A DNA stretch of 64,000 nt from Candidatus Omnitrophota bacterium (GCA_049517335.1 JBEKSD010000002.1:1-64000), one strand, 5' to 3'. Positions 1 to 9,797 are shown, counted from the stretch's first letter. The notes: generated by a model not told the origin, from the sequence alone. Program-made: numbers and translations.

Positions 1-231
1 TCTAAAGACGCTTTCGACAAGCTTTACCGCTCAGGGGTAAGAACGCTTATTTGCATGCATTTAAGCGAAGAGCATTTTAAGAAAGTCAAAGAAGCAAACC
101 TTAACGCGGTTATTGCCGGGCATATTTCTTCCGATACTCTGGGTTTAAACCTGCTTTTGGACAAGATTGAGAAAATAGAGCCGTTTCAGGTTACCGCCTG
201 TTCCGGTTTCACCAGGATTAAAAGAAGCTAA
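1..231 (+). CDS. NIF3-like (NGG1p-interacting factor) protein, C-terminal part, truncated by window edge
   Basis: Frame 1 translated by hand: ...GVRTLICMHLSEEHFKKVKEANLNAVIAGHISSDTLGLNLLLD...CSGFTRIKRS*. MH and AGHxxSD motifs of NIF3-like proteins. Confidence 0.75.
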   Translation, partial: SKDAFDKLYRSGVRTLICMHLSEEHFKKVKEANLNAVIAGHISSDTLGLNLLLDKIEKIEPFQVTACSGFTRIKRS

Positions 232-249
232 ATTCAGGAAATTTTATTT

Positions 250-2013
250 ATGAGAGGTCTTATCCCGGACAATTTACTGGAAGATATTTTAAGCCGCGTT
301 GACATCGTCGAGCTTATTTCTTCCTATATTCCCCTTAAGAAAACAGGAAAAAACTTTAAGGCCTGCTGTCCGTTCCATCACGAAAAGACCCCTTCTTTTA
401 TCGTTTCGGCAGACAGGCAGATTTATCATTGTTTTGGCTGTGGGGAATCAGGCAACGCTTTCAAATTCTTAATGCGTTATGAACGCATGGAATTCCCCGA
501 AGCAGTAGAGGTGCTGGCAGGAAGAACAGGAGTGGTGCTTCCCGAAATAAACAAACAGAATGATAAAGCGTCTGAGTTTGTTACCCAGCTTTATAAAGCT
601 AATGAACTGGCTGTTGTTTTTTACGAAAATAACCTGAATTCGCCGGAAGGATTAAAGGTGAAGGATTATTTATTGAAGCGCGGGATTAAGCCTGAATTCA
701 TTAAAGAGATGCGGTTAGGATATGCCCGGGATAGTTGGGATGCCTTGATTAATCATCTTCGCACCAAGGCTTTTAGCCTTGCGCTGCTGGACAAAGCCGG
801 ATTGATTGTCGCAAAAGATTCGGGCGGATATTATGACCGTTTCCGTAACCGCCTGATAATCCCCATTTTTGATATTAAAGGCAGGCCGCTGGCTTTTGGG
901 GCGCGGGTATTGGACAATTCCCTACCTAAATACATCAACTAACCTGAAACTCTCCTTTATACAAAAGGGAGGCATCTTTTCGGGTTAAATCTAGCAAAAG
1001 AAGCAATAAGGGAAACAGACAAGGCGATAATAGTTGAAGGGTATCTTGATTTTATTATTCCTTATCAGGGAGGGTTAAAGAATATAGTAGCATCCCAGGG
1101 CACTGCGCTTACGGTAGAGCAGGTCCGCCTGTTAAAAAGGCACACTAGTAATGTCGTGGTTGTTTATGACCCTGATAAAGCAGGAGAACTGGCGGCTTTG
1201 CGTTCACTTGATATTTTTATAGAAGAAGAAATGGAAGTAAGAGTCGTTTCTTTGCCGCAGGGGTATGACCCGGATTCATTTGTGCGTAAAGAAGGCGCGG
1301 ATGCATTAAATGAACTGGTTATAAACTCACAGGATCTTTTTGATTATAAATTAAAGATATTAAAGTCGTACTTTAGCCATAAGGATATTTCCGGAAAAAT
1401 GAAGATTTCTAAAGCCATGCTTGAAACCCTGAACAAAATTAAGAATGCAGTCCTGAAATCCGAGTACTTAAAGAAACTTGCGCAGGAATTGGATATAAAC
1501 GAAGATGCCGTTATTGCGGAATCCAACAAAACTAAGCCCGATAAGCGTCATGCAGATATTCCTTTAAAACCTGACAATAAATTGGCGAACGTAAACCCCG
1601 CGGAAATGCTTCTGATTAAACTGATGCTTGAAGAGACAGAACTCATAAATCATATAAAAAATCATCTTTGCCCGGAAGATTTTCAGGACGAGAAAATAGC
1701 GCGGATAGTTTCCATTATGTTTGAACTGGCCTCGGAGGGCAGAAAAATCGGGCCCAATACCCTGATTAACCATCTGCCTAACGAAGATATCTCCCGACTT
1801 GTCTGCGAATCAATGTTTTTACCGCTTCAGCTAAACAACGGGAATAAAGAAAAGATTGTGGATGACTGTATTAGGCGCCTTAAGAGTAATAAAGTTAAGT
1901 TTAAGCGCCTTAAATTGCAGGAAGAAATCAAGCTGGCTCAGAATTCCGGGAATGAACAGAGGCTGAATAACCTCATTAAAGAGTTTCAGGTATTGATCAA
2001 CGAGGAGAGGTAA
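250..2013 (+). CDS. dnaG: DNA primase, interrupted by an in-frame TAA at 940-942
   Basis: CHC2 Zn finger ([11 protein letters not shown]...CFGC), YDRFRNR and KYIN*PET, then in the same frame IVEGYLD, ASQGTAL and YDPDKAG (TOPRIM). ORFs 250-942 and 1156-2013 share a frame with only one stop between them. Confidence 0.93.
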
Positions 2014-2018
2014 AAGGG

Positions 2019-3551
2019 ATGAAGAAGAAGGAATATGCGGCAAAAGACATGGAAAAATTAATCGCTCTTGGCAAGCAAAAGGGTTTTCTCACCTATGATG
2101 AAGTAAATGATTTCCTGCCTGAAAATATGTCTTCGTCTGAAGAGATTGACCGTTTATTTGAGATGCTCGGTAATGAGGACATAGAATTAATTGAAAACGA
2201 GGAAGACCGTGCACAGGAAAAAGCGAACATTCAGGCGTTAAAAGAAGATGCCCTGAACGAGCAGATGAAGGCGGAAGAGAAATTCCTTCCGCTAGATGAC
2301 CCTGTAAAAATGTACTTAAAACAAATGGGTTCAATTTCCCTTCTCTCCCGTGAGCTCGAAATAGAGCTGGCTAAAAAGATAGAAGAAGCAGAGGAAAAAT
2401 TCAAGCGCGCCGCACTCCAGACGAAATTCGTGCGTAACCACACTCTAAGAGTTGCCGACGATATTCTGGAAAACAGGATTAATTTTGAGGAAGTCGTTAA
2501 AGAGGACATTAAAGTAAAGAAAAACAATATTGCCGGCCGCATCAGGAGGATAGTCAGGAAATACAAATCTACGCGCAGTAGTTCTTACGGGATTGACCTA
2601 CTGCTGACCCTTAATTTTACCACTTCGGTTATCGAAGTGGCAGTGCGTAAATTAAATAGGCTGGTTAAAGAATTGGAGCAGATTGATAGGAGCCCGAAAC
2701 GTAATAGCCTTCGTAAAAAGAAGCTTCTGCGTGAGCTGGGTGAATCATACCATAAGGTAAAAGAACAGATGAAACTGATTAAGGCCACGCATATCAGGTT
2801 TAGCCGCACGAAAAAGAAACTGGTTGAGGCAAACTTAAGGCTGGTGGTAAGTATTGCGAAAAAATACACTAACAGGGGGTTATCCTTCCTTGATTTAATT
2901 CAGGAAGGAAATATCGGGCTTATGCGCGCGGTTGAAAAGTTTGAATATAAAAGAGGCTATAAGTTTTCAACTTACGCCACTTGGTGGATACGGCAGGCTA
3001 TTACCCGTTCTATTGCGGACCAGGCGCGCACGATAAGGATCCCTGTGCATATGACGGAAACGATAAACAAAATTATCAGGTACTCAAGGATATTCGTGCA
3101 GGAGAACGGCCGCGAGCCTACGCCGGAAGAAATAGCCCAGAAGATGCGGCTGCCGCAGGATAAGGTCAAGACGATATTAAAAATCGCGCAGGAGCCAATT
3201 TCCCTGCAGATGCCTATAGGAGATGAAGGCGATACTCATTTTGGAGACTTCATTCAGGATAAAAAAGCGGTTTCTCCCGCAAATGAAACCGTGCGTTCAA
3301 TGTTAAAAGAAGAGATGAATTCGGCATTGAGCACATTAACGGAAAGGGAGAAAAAGATATTGGTTTTACGTTTCGGCATCTTAGACGGTGCAGCGCGGAC
3401 TTTGGAAGAAGTAGGCAATGTTTTCAGGGTTACCCGCGAAAGGGTACGCCAGATTGAGGCTAAAGCCCTGAAGAAACTGAGGCATCCGACACGCTCAAGG
3501 CGCTTACGCACCTTTTTAGATATGACCCTTGCTCACCAGAGGGAATATTAA
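2019..3551 (+). CDS. rpoD: Primary RNA polymerase sigma factor RpoD
   Basis: Region 1.1, [52 protein letters not shown]...[12 protein letters not shown]. Follows dnaG. Confidence 0.97.
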   Translation: MKKKEYAAKDMEKLIALGKQKGFLTYDEVNDFLPENMSSSEEIDRLFEMLGNEDIELIENEEDRAQEKANIQALKEDALNEQMKAEEKFLPLDDPVKMYLKQMGSISLLSRELEIELAKKIEEAEEKFKRAALQTKFVRNHTLRVADDILENRINFEEVVKEDIKVKKNNIAGRIRRIVRKYKSTRSSSYGIDLLLTLNFTTSVIEVAVRKLNRLVKELEQIDRSPKRNSLRKKKLLRELGESYHKVKEQMKLIKATHIRFSRTKKKLVEANLRLVVSIAKKYTNRGLSFLDLIQEGNIGLMRAVEKFEYKRGYKFSTYATWWIRQAITRSIADQARTIRIPVHMTETINKIIRYSRIFVQENGREPTPEEIAQKMRLPQDKVKTILKIAQEPISLQMPIGDEGDTHFGDFIQDKKAVSPANETVRSMLKEEMNSALSTLTEREKKILVLRFGILDGAARTLEEVGNVFRVTRERVRQIEAKALKKLRHPTRSRRLRTFLDMTLAHQREY

Positions 3552-3560
3552 CTGGTTTAT

Positions 3561-6053
3561 ATGGAAAAAACAGTTCAACAGGAAGATAAGTTAAAGATTC
3601 TACTCGACCTTAAGGAACGGGTAAAAGAGCTGGAGTGCCTATACGCTATCGAAGGGTTTCTGGCTTTTAGCGATAAACCTTTGGAAGCCACAATCTCGGA
3701 CATAGTAAATATTATCCCCGCGGCAGTGCGCTATTCTAATATCGCCTCCGCCAGAATAGTAATAAAAAACACTGAGTTTAAGTCCGTCAAATTCCACGAA
3801 ACAGAATGGAAACAGGAGCATGATATACTTGTTTACGGCAAAAAATCCGGCTCGCTTACCATTTATTATTCCGAAAATAAAACTTTCCATGAGGAAGAGA
3901 AACAGCTCTTAGAAGCCATTTGTAAGCGCTTAGGCAGGTATTATGAACGTAAGTATATGGAAGAAAATCTGAAAGAATCGCGGGCGGAACTGGAATTGCG
4001 CGTCAAGGTAAGGACCGCCGAATTCACCAAGACCAACGAAGACCTCCTTAACCAGATTAATGAACGCAACAAGATTGAAAAAACCTTCCGGGAATCCGAA
4101 GAGCGATACAGGATATTGTTTGAAAATAATCCCATACCAATGGTTATTTACGACTTAGAAACTCTTCGTTTCTTGTCGGTTAATGATTCTGCGCTCCAGC
4201 ACTACGGTTATTCTCGCAAAGAGGTGCTTTCTATGACAATTAAAGATATCTTTCTTCCGGAAGATATACCGGCGCTTTTGGATAATGTTTCTAAGGTTAC
4301 TGAAGGTCGTGATGCGGCTGGTATTTGGAGGTTATTAAAGAAAGACAAAACTATTGTCTTCGCAGAAATCATTTCTCATACCGTAAATTTTACCGGAAGA
4401 CGTGCAGAGATAGTCCTAGCTATAGACGTAACGGAAAGAAAAAAAATGGAAGATACATTACGCAAGCAGGAATGTTTTCTTTTAAGTGTATTTGCCAGCA
4501 TACAGGATGGTATAAGCGTACTGGATAATAAAATGAACATTCTACGCGTAAACCCTACTATAGAAAAATGGTACGCTCACGCTATGCCTATTGTCGGGAA
4601 GAAATGTTATGAAGCTTACCATGGCCGCTTAAAACCCTGTAAAACCTGCCCTACGCTTAGAACACTAGCCACTAAAGAAGTAGCCCGTGAAATCGTGCCT
4701 AAAGTCGGCGCGCAGGGGCAAATTGACGGGTGGCTTGAATTGTATAGTTTCCCGTTGATTGACCAGCAGACCATTTCGCTTACGGGCGTAATTGAGTACG
4801 TACGGGATATAAGTGCTGAAATGAAGACAAAGGAAGAGACAAGCAAGCTTACGGAAGAGGTATTGAGATCAAACAAACGGCTGAAAGAAATTTCGCTTAC
4901 CGACCCCCATACGGAACTTTATAATTACCGCTTTCTTGAGAATGCCATTGAAGCGGAGTTTTACCGGGCTAAAAGATACGTTCAGGCGCTTTCCGTTATA
5001 ATGGTGGATATAGATTATTTCAAGTCCGTAAATGACGTTTATGGCCACCATTTCGGCGACATCGTTTTAAAACAATTCGCAAAGGAATTGAAACGGATGG
5101 TAAGGCGTTATGATTACGTGATCCGTTCTGGAGGAGAAGAGTTCATCATTGTTTCTCCCAATATTGACCGGCGCCAGGCTTTGGGCCTTGCCCAGCGGCT
5201 TTTGGAGACTTTATCCCTTTGCAGTTTTGGGGATAACAAACATTCCGTAAAATTGAAATTGAGTATGTCTGTGGCTTCGTATCCGGAAGACAAGGTAAAG
5301 GAAGGCGCGGACTTAATCAATCTTGCCGACCGTATTTTAGAGAAGGCCAAGGAATTAGGGGGCAACAGGGTTTATTCTGCGGAAGATATTGGCAAGGCAA
5401 AAAAATCGTCAGCCGTTAATAATTATTCAAAGAACAACGAAGTAAAGCACTTAAGGAACAAGATTGATAAGCTTACCAAGAAAACAAATCAGGGGTTGGT
5501 TGAATCTATTCTGGCTTTGGCAAAGACAATAGAATTAAAAGATCACACTACCGGCGAGCACGTAGAACACACCGTGCATTATGTAACGGGGATATCCCGC
5601 GCCTTGGGGTTGAACCGCGAAGAATCAGAGCTCGTGCGGCAGGCATCCATTTTGCATGATTTGGGAAAAATCGGCATCAGCGAAAAGATTCTGAATAAAA
5701 AAGCGAAGCTTAACAAAAAAGATTACGATGAAATCAAAAAACACCCGCAGATTGCCGCGGATATCCTGCGGCCGGTACAGTTTTTACACGGCCTGATACC
5801 GTTCATTTTTTATCACCACGAAAGATGGGACGGTAAGGGCTATCCCAGCGGCATAAAAGGAGACGAGATTCCCATTGGTGCGCGCATTATTGCCATTGCC
5901 GACGTTTATGAAGCTTTAACCAGTAACCGCCCCTATCGTAAGGCCTATTCCAAAGAAAAAGCCATCCAGATAATCAAAGACGGCTCAGGAAAGCAATTTG
6001 ACCCCCGCATTGTCTCGGTGTTCCTGAAGGTTATTGAAACAGAGAGAAAGTAG
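3561..6053 (+). CDS. Soluble c-di-GMP signalling protein: N-terminal GAF-like domain, two PAS domains, GGDEF and HD-GYP
   Basis: ERVKELECLY N-terminus; PAS (LFENNP...DVTERK; DGISVLD...GKKCY...RDIS); DIDYFKSVND, RRYD I-site and GGEEF; HDLGKIG and HHERWDGKGYP. Confidence 0.9.
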   Translation: MEKTVQQEDKLKILLDLKERVKELECLYAIEGFLAFSDKPLEATISDIVNIIPAAVRYSNIASARIVIKNTEFKSVKFHETEWKQEHDILVYGKKSGSLTIYYSENKTFHEEEKQLLEAICKRLGRYYERKYMEENLKESRAELELRVKVRTAEFTKTNEDLLNQINERNKIEKTFRESEERYRILFENNPIPMVIYDLETLRFLSVNDSALQHYGYSRKEVLSMTIKDIFLPEDIPALLDNVSKVTEGRDAAGIWRLLKKDKTIVFAEIISHTVNFTGRRAEIVLAIDVTERKKMEDTLRKQECFLLSVFASIQDGISVLDNKMNILRVNPTIEKWYAHAMPIVGKKCYEAYHGRLKPCKTCPTLRTLATKEVAREIVPKVGAQGQIDGWLELYSFPLIDQQTISLTGVIEYVRDISAEMKTKEETSKLTEEVLRSNKRLKEISLTDPHTELYNYRFLENAIEAEFYRAKRYVQALSVIMVDIDYFKSVNDVYGHHFGDIVLKQFAKELKRMVRRYDYVIRSGGEEFIIVSPNIDRRQALGLAQRLLETLSLCSFGDNKHSVKLKLSMSVASYPEDKVKEGADLINLADRILEKAKELGGNRVYSAEDIGKAKKSSAVNNYSKNNEVKHLRNKIDKLTKKTNQGLVESILALAKTIELKDHTTGEHVEHTVHYVTGISRALGLNREESELVRQASILHDLGKIGISEKILNKKAKLNKKDYDEIKKHPQIAADILRPVQFLHGLIPFIFYHHERWDGKGYPSGIKGDEIPIGARIIAIADVYEALTSNRPYRKAYSKEKAIQIIKDGSGKQFDPRIVSVFLKVIETERK

Positions 6054-6084
6054 TTTTAAGCCGGTAATTTAGCTAAATTTTGTC

Positions 6085-6118
6085 TTGCCAAACCGCCTCC
6101 TAAATAGTATATTATAAT
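6085..6118 (+). promoter_or_regulatory. Putative sigma70 promoter for the tRNA-Ile2/Val operon
   Basis: TTGCCA (6085-6090), 17 nt, TATATT (6108-6113), with an overlapping TATAAT. Confidence 0.55.
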
Positions 6119-6181
6119 ATTACATTTTTCACTCCGCTTGGGCCCTATAGTTCACCGTAGGACCCTAAACGAAATAGATGG

Positions 6182-6254
6182 GGGCCCATAGCTCAGTGGT
6201 CAGAGCAGGTGACTCATAATCACTTGGTCGGAGGTCCAAATCCTTCTGGGCCCA
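6182..6254 (+). tRNA. tRNA-Ile2 (CAT anticodon, lysidine type); T-loop has C55; CCA not encoded
   Basis: Cloverleaf with GGGCCCA/TGGGCCC acceptor stem and anticodon arm GGTGA-CTCATAA-TCACT, resembling ileX-type tRNAs. tilS is present in the window. Confidence 0.85.
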
Positions 6255-6267
6255 GAAAAGTTTATCC

Positions 6268-6341
6268 GGACGATTAGCTCAGCTGGTTAGAGCGTTGCGT
6301 TCACATCGCAAAGGTCACAGGTCCGAATCCTGTATCGTCCA
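6268..6341 (+). tRNA. tRNA-Val (CAC); T-loop has C55
   Basis: GGACGAT/ATCGTCC acceptor stem, TTGCG-TTCACAT-CGCAA anticodon arm, ACAGG-TCCGAAT-CCTGT T arm. Confidence 0.88.
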
Positions 6342-6384
6342 CATATGCCCATTTGTTAAGGTCTTCAAAGAAAAGGAGTCGCCC

Positions 6385-7107
6385 ACGTTAAACCTTAAAA
6401 CGCAGTTAGGAGAATTAATCAAGCTCCAGCAGATTGATACTGAAATCTATGCCTTAAACCGGGAAAAAAATATAAAGCCGGAAGAAATTAAGGCAATAGA
6501 ATTTGAATTTCAGGAAAAGAAAAAAAACTTCGCCGATTTAGAAAAGAACTTACTTGACCTGCAGAAGCAGAGGAAAGATAAGGAAGGCGAACTGGCTGCC
6601 AAAGAAGAGGCGACCCGGAAACTGCAGGTGCAGTTGTATTCTTTGAAAACGAATAAAGAGTATCAGACGATGCTTCATCAGATTCAGGATTCAAAGGCGG
6701 ATGCATCGGTTATTGAAGATAAAATTTTACAGTTATTCGACGCCTCCGATAAGATAAGCAGGGACATAGATAAGGAAAAAAACCGCCTTAAAGAGGAAGA
6801 GAAGGTTTTCTCCGCTCAAAAGCAACAGGTTGAAACGCACATAAAAGAGATTGATGACCGCCTACTTCAGCTTCAGGCGCAGAGAAAACAGACTATACCT
6901 TTAATTGATGGTAAGATTTTATCGCAGTATGAACGGATACTTTCCAACCGGGACGGGTTGGCTATAGTTGGGGTTAAGCATAATTCCTGCTTAGGGTGTA
7001 ATATGCACGTGCCCCCGCAGGTAATAAATCTTATCCAGATGTACGAACATATAATTACCTGCGAAATGTGTAACAGGATTTTATATATTCCGGATGAAAA
7101 CTCTTGA
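6385..7107 (+). CDS. Coiled-coil plus C4 zinc-ribbon protein (DUF164, CT398/HP0958-like); probable ACG start
   Basis: LIKLQQIDTEI N-terminus, long coiled coil, CLGCNM...CEMCNRILY. The ORF-track start at 6295 lies inside tRNA-Val. SD AAGGAG at 6373-6378 precedes an in-frame ACG at 6385. Confidence 0.85.
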   Translation, partial: TLNLKTQLGELIKLQQIDTEIYALNREKNIKPEEIKAIEFEFQEKKKNFADLEKNLLDLQKQRKDKEGELAAKEEATRKLQVQLYSLKTNKEYQTMLHQIQDSKADASVIEDKILQLFDASDKISRDIDKEKNRLKEEEKVFSAQKQQVETHIKEIDDRLLQLQAQRKQTIPLIDGKILSQYERILSNRDGLAIVGVKHNSCLGCNMHVPPQVINLIQMYEHIITCEMCNRILYIPDENS

Positions 7108-7513
7108 AATTTACATTGACGGTGCCTCAAAGGGCAATCCCGGACCAAGCGGTGTAGGTATAGTGATTTGTCGGGATGGCTCAACGGTTAAAAATATTTC
7201 TAGTTATATCGGGAATACTACGAATAATGTCGCGGAATATACGGCGCTTATTTACGCTTTAGAGGAAGCGTTGATGATGAAAGCGGAAAACCTGAAGATT
7301 AATACCGATAGCCAGCTTTTACACAGGCAGTTAAAAGGTATCTACAAAGTCCGGCATCCTAATATGATACCTCTTCATGAGCGGGCAAAATATTTATTAT
7401 CGGGATTCAAGGAAGTCGTTATACATAATATCCCACGCAGCAAAAACTGCGGTGCGGATAAATTAGCAACAGAAGCAGTAAAAAAACAGTATGGAAAACA
7501 CGCTCTTTGTTAA
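7094..7513 (+). CDS. rnhA: Ribonuclease HI
   Basis: IDGASKGNPGPSG, TNNVAEY, TDSQL and N..ADKLA motifs. Confidence 0.92.
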   Translation: MKTLEIYIDGASKGNPGPSGVGIVICRDGSTVKNISSYIGNTTNNVAEYTALIYALEEALMMKAENLKINTDSQLLHRQLKGIYKVRHPNMIPLHERAKYLLSGFKEVVIHNIPRSKNCGADKLATEAVKKQYGKHALC

Positions 7514-7514
7514 A

Positions 7515-7882
7515 GGGGAGAGGCGGAAGGTGGTCGCCCGTCATTGATTTAGTGGCGGGAGGAAAGTCCGGGCTCCGGAGGATAGCGTAATGGGTAACAC
7601 CCATCTCCGCCAATATTTTTGACGGAAGGATAAGAGCCACAGAGACGAGCTTTTGTTCGAGGCTGTCCCCCAAAAGGGAACTGTCCCGTTACAAGAGAGT
7701 GAAACGGGGTAATCTCTACGCGGAGCAAGGTGAAATAGGAGATGAGCTGATCCGGCGCATTAAATTAATCTCGGGTAAGCTGCTTGAGTCCTTGCGGTAA
7801 CGTAAGGATCGAGAGGAATGATCACTTTAAGATGCGGATAATCGCATCAAGACAGAACCCGGCTTATTCCGCCCCTAACCCT
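7515..7882 (+). ncRNA. rnpB: RNase P RNA (type A)
   Basis: GAGGAAAGTCCGGGCT, GCCACAGA, GTGAAACGG..AA, GGAGCAAG and ACAGAACCCGGCTTA conserved regions; P1 GGCGGAA/TTCCGCC. Ends are approximate. Confidence 0.95.
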
Positions 7883-7934
7883 TTAATAAATTTTCAAAAA
7901 TAATAACAGCAGCGTAAAATAGGAGGAAACAAAT

Positions 7935-8690
7935 ATGTCTGGTCATTCTAAATGGAAAACGAATAAAGGAAAAAAAATGGCGGCTGATGCCAAGAAGGGC
8001 GCGACCTATACCAGAATAATTAAAGAACTGGTAGTTATCGCCCGGGAAGGCGGCGGCAACCCCGATACCAACCCTAAGCTTCGCGCGGTAATCCAGAAGG
8101 CAAAAGAAACAAATATGCCTATGGATAACGTGAAGATGGCGATTAAACGGGGAACCGGCGAGCTTCCGGGAATCGTTTATGAATCTGTCATGTATGAAGC
8201 TTATGGCCCGGGAGGAGTCGCCATAATGGTTGAAGCGCTTACAGATAACAAAAACCGGACCACTGCCGAATTACGCAATATTATGTCCAAAAAAGGCGGT
8301 AATATGGCGGGCGCCGGCTCGGTTGCCTGGATGTTCACCAAAAAGGGTTATTTTTTAATTGATAAGAATCAAATCAAAGAAGATGATTTGATGAGTATTG
8401 CCCTTGAAGCAGGAGCGGAAGATATTAAGTCCGACGAAAAAAATTTTGAGATTACCTGTTCGGTTGCGGATTTTGAAAAACTAAAACAGGCGCTTTCTAA
8501 CAAAGGCATTCAGTTTCAAGATGCCGAATTAACTATGGTCCCTTCCTCATCGGTCAAAGTTACCGGTAATGGAGCCAAGCAGGTTTTAGCTCTAGTGGAA
8601 GCGCTTGAGGAACATGATGATGTTGAGCAGGTATACGCGAACTTTGATATACCCGATGAGATTCTGGAACAGGTTGCTTCAGAGCAATAA
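7935..8690 (+). CDS. yebC: YebC/PmpR family protein
   Basis: MSGHSKW, YEAYGPGG, LTDNKNRT, LEEHDDVEQVYAN. Confidence 0.95.
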   Translation: MSGHSKWKTNKGKKMAADAKKGATYTRIIKELVVIAREGGGNPDTNPKLRAVIQKAKETNMPMDNVKMAIKRGTGELPGIVYESVMYEAYGPGGVAIMVEALTDNKNRTTAELRNIMSKKGGNMAGAGSVAWMFTKKGYFLIDKNQIKEDDLMSIALEAGAEDIKSDEKNFEITCSVADFEKLKQALSNKGIQFQDAELTMVPSSSVKVTGNGAKQVLALVEALEEHDDVEQVYANFDIPDEILEQVASEQ

Positions 8691-8692
8691 GC

Positions 8693-9193
8693 ATGGTCAT
8701 CTTAGGGGTTGACCCGGCTTTGACCATTACGGGTTACGGCGTAATTGAAGTAAAGAAAAAAAATATTGGTTTACTTGAGGCAGGTATTATTTCAACTTCA
8801 AGCAAGGATCCAACTCCAAAGCGGTTGGATAGGATTTACAGGGCCCTGATAAAGCTGGCTTCGGATACAAAGCCGGATTGCCTTGTTCTTGAAAAACTTT
8901 ACGCCCATTACCGCCATCCGGTTACGGCATTTATTCTGGGGCAGGCGCGGGGAGTAATCTGTCTGGCAAGCGCGACAGCAAATATTCCGATGTTTGAATA
9001 CGCCGCAACCAGAGTAAAGAAAGCGATAGTCGGGCGCGGCCTTGCTTCAAAGTCTCAGGTGCAGAGTATGGTTGCTTCTATACTGGGTTTAAATAGTATT
9101 CCGAAATATACCGATGTAACGGATGCTTTGGCTTTAGCTATTGCTCATAGTTATATTATGAAGGTACAATATGATTTCACGAATCAGCGGTAA
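8693..9193 (+). CDS. ruvC: Holliday junction resolvase RuvC
   Basis: ILGVDP..TGYG, LGQARG, VKKAIVG.G.ASK.QV, D..DALALA. Confidence 0.93.
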   Translation: MVILGVDPALTITGYGVIEVKKKNIGLLEAGIISTSSKDPTPKRLDRIYRALIKLASDTKPDCLVLEKLYAHYRHPVTAFILGQARGVICLASATANIPMFEYAATRVKKAIVGRGLASKSQVQSMVASILGLNSIPKYTDVTDALALAIAHSYIMKVQYDFTNQR

Positions 9194-9797
9194 GGTCATT
9201 GAAAAAGGCTTAAATTATTTAATGCTGGATACGGGAAGTATCTGCTATGAGGTGCTCATCCCTTCAGCGGTTATGCAACGTATTGACGAAAATATCAGAG
9301 GCGACGGGAAAATAAGCCTCGTTACCTACCATTACCATCAGATTGAGCCTTCGAAAAGCACGCCGGTATTAATCGGCTTTTTAAACAATATTGAGAAGGA
9401 CTTTTTCCAGACTTTTATCACCGTTTCCGGCATCGGGCCCCGGGCGGCATTAAAGGCGTTGAATAAGCCGATTTCACAGATAGCGCAGGCGATAGACGAA
9501 GCTGATCTTGGTTTTTTAAAATCCCTTCCCGGTATCGGGGAGCAAAGAGCAAAAGAAATTGTGGCTAAACTGCAGAATAAAGTAGGCCGTTTCGCCTTGA
9601 TTCAGGACGGAGAAGCAAAAGTATGTAGCCCTAAGAATAAAGATATCGCAGAAGAAGCGTTGTTAGTTCTGATGCAGCTTGAATATAAAAAACCCGAAGC
9701 CCAATCTATGCTTAAGAGGGCACTGGAGGATTTTCCGGAAATTCAGACCACTGAACAATTATTAAATATAGTTTACAAGCAAAAGAAGGTAAAATAA
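9171..9797 (+). CDS. ruvA: Holliday junction DNA-binding protein RuvA
   Basis: OB fold, HhH motifs VSGIGP and LPGIG, C-terminal domain. Follows ruvC. Confidence 0.88.
   Translation: MISRISGKVIEKGLNYLMLDTGSICYEVLIPSAVMQRIDENIRGDGKISLVTYHYHQIEPSKSTPVLIGFLNNIEKDFFQTFITVSGIGPRAALKALNKPISQIAQAIDEADLGFLKSLPGIGEQRAKEIVAKLQNKVGRFALIQDGEAKVCSPKNKDIAEEALLVLMQLEYKKPEAQSMLKRALEDFPEIQTTEQLLNIVYKQKKVK

Noticed and set aside
940-942. Alternative genetic code (TAA reassignment)
   Set aside because: TAA, TAG and TGA all end dozens of full-length genes in this window, and only one internal stop was seen.
6295-6384. N-terminal extension of the Zn-ribbon ORF in the ORF track
   Set aside because: It starts inside tRNA-Val and does not resemble the family.
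7419-7673. Minus-strand 84-aa ORF
   Set aside because: Antisense to rnhA and the RNase P RNA, with no coding features.
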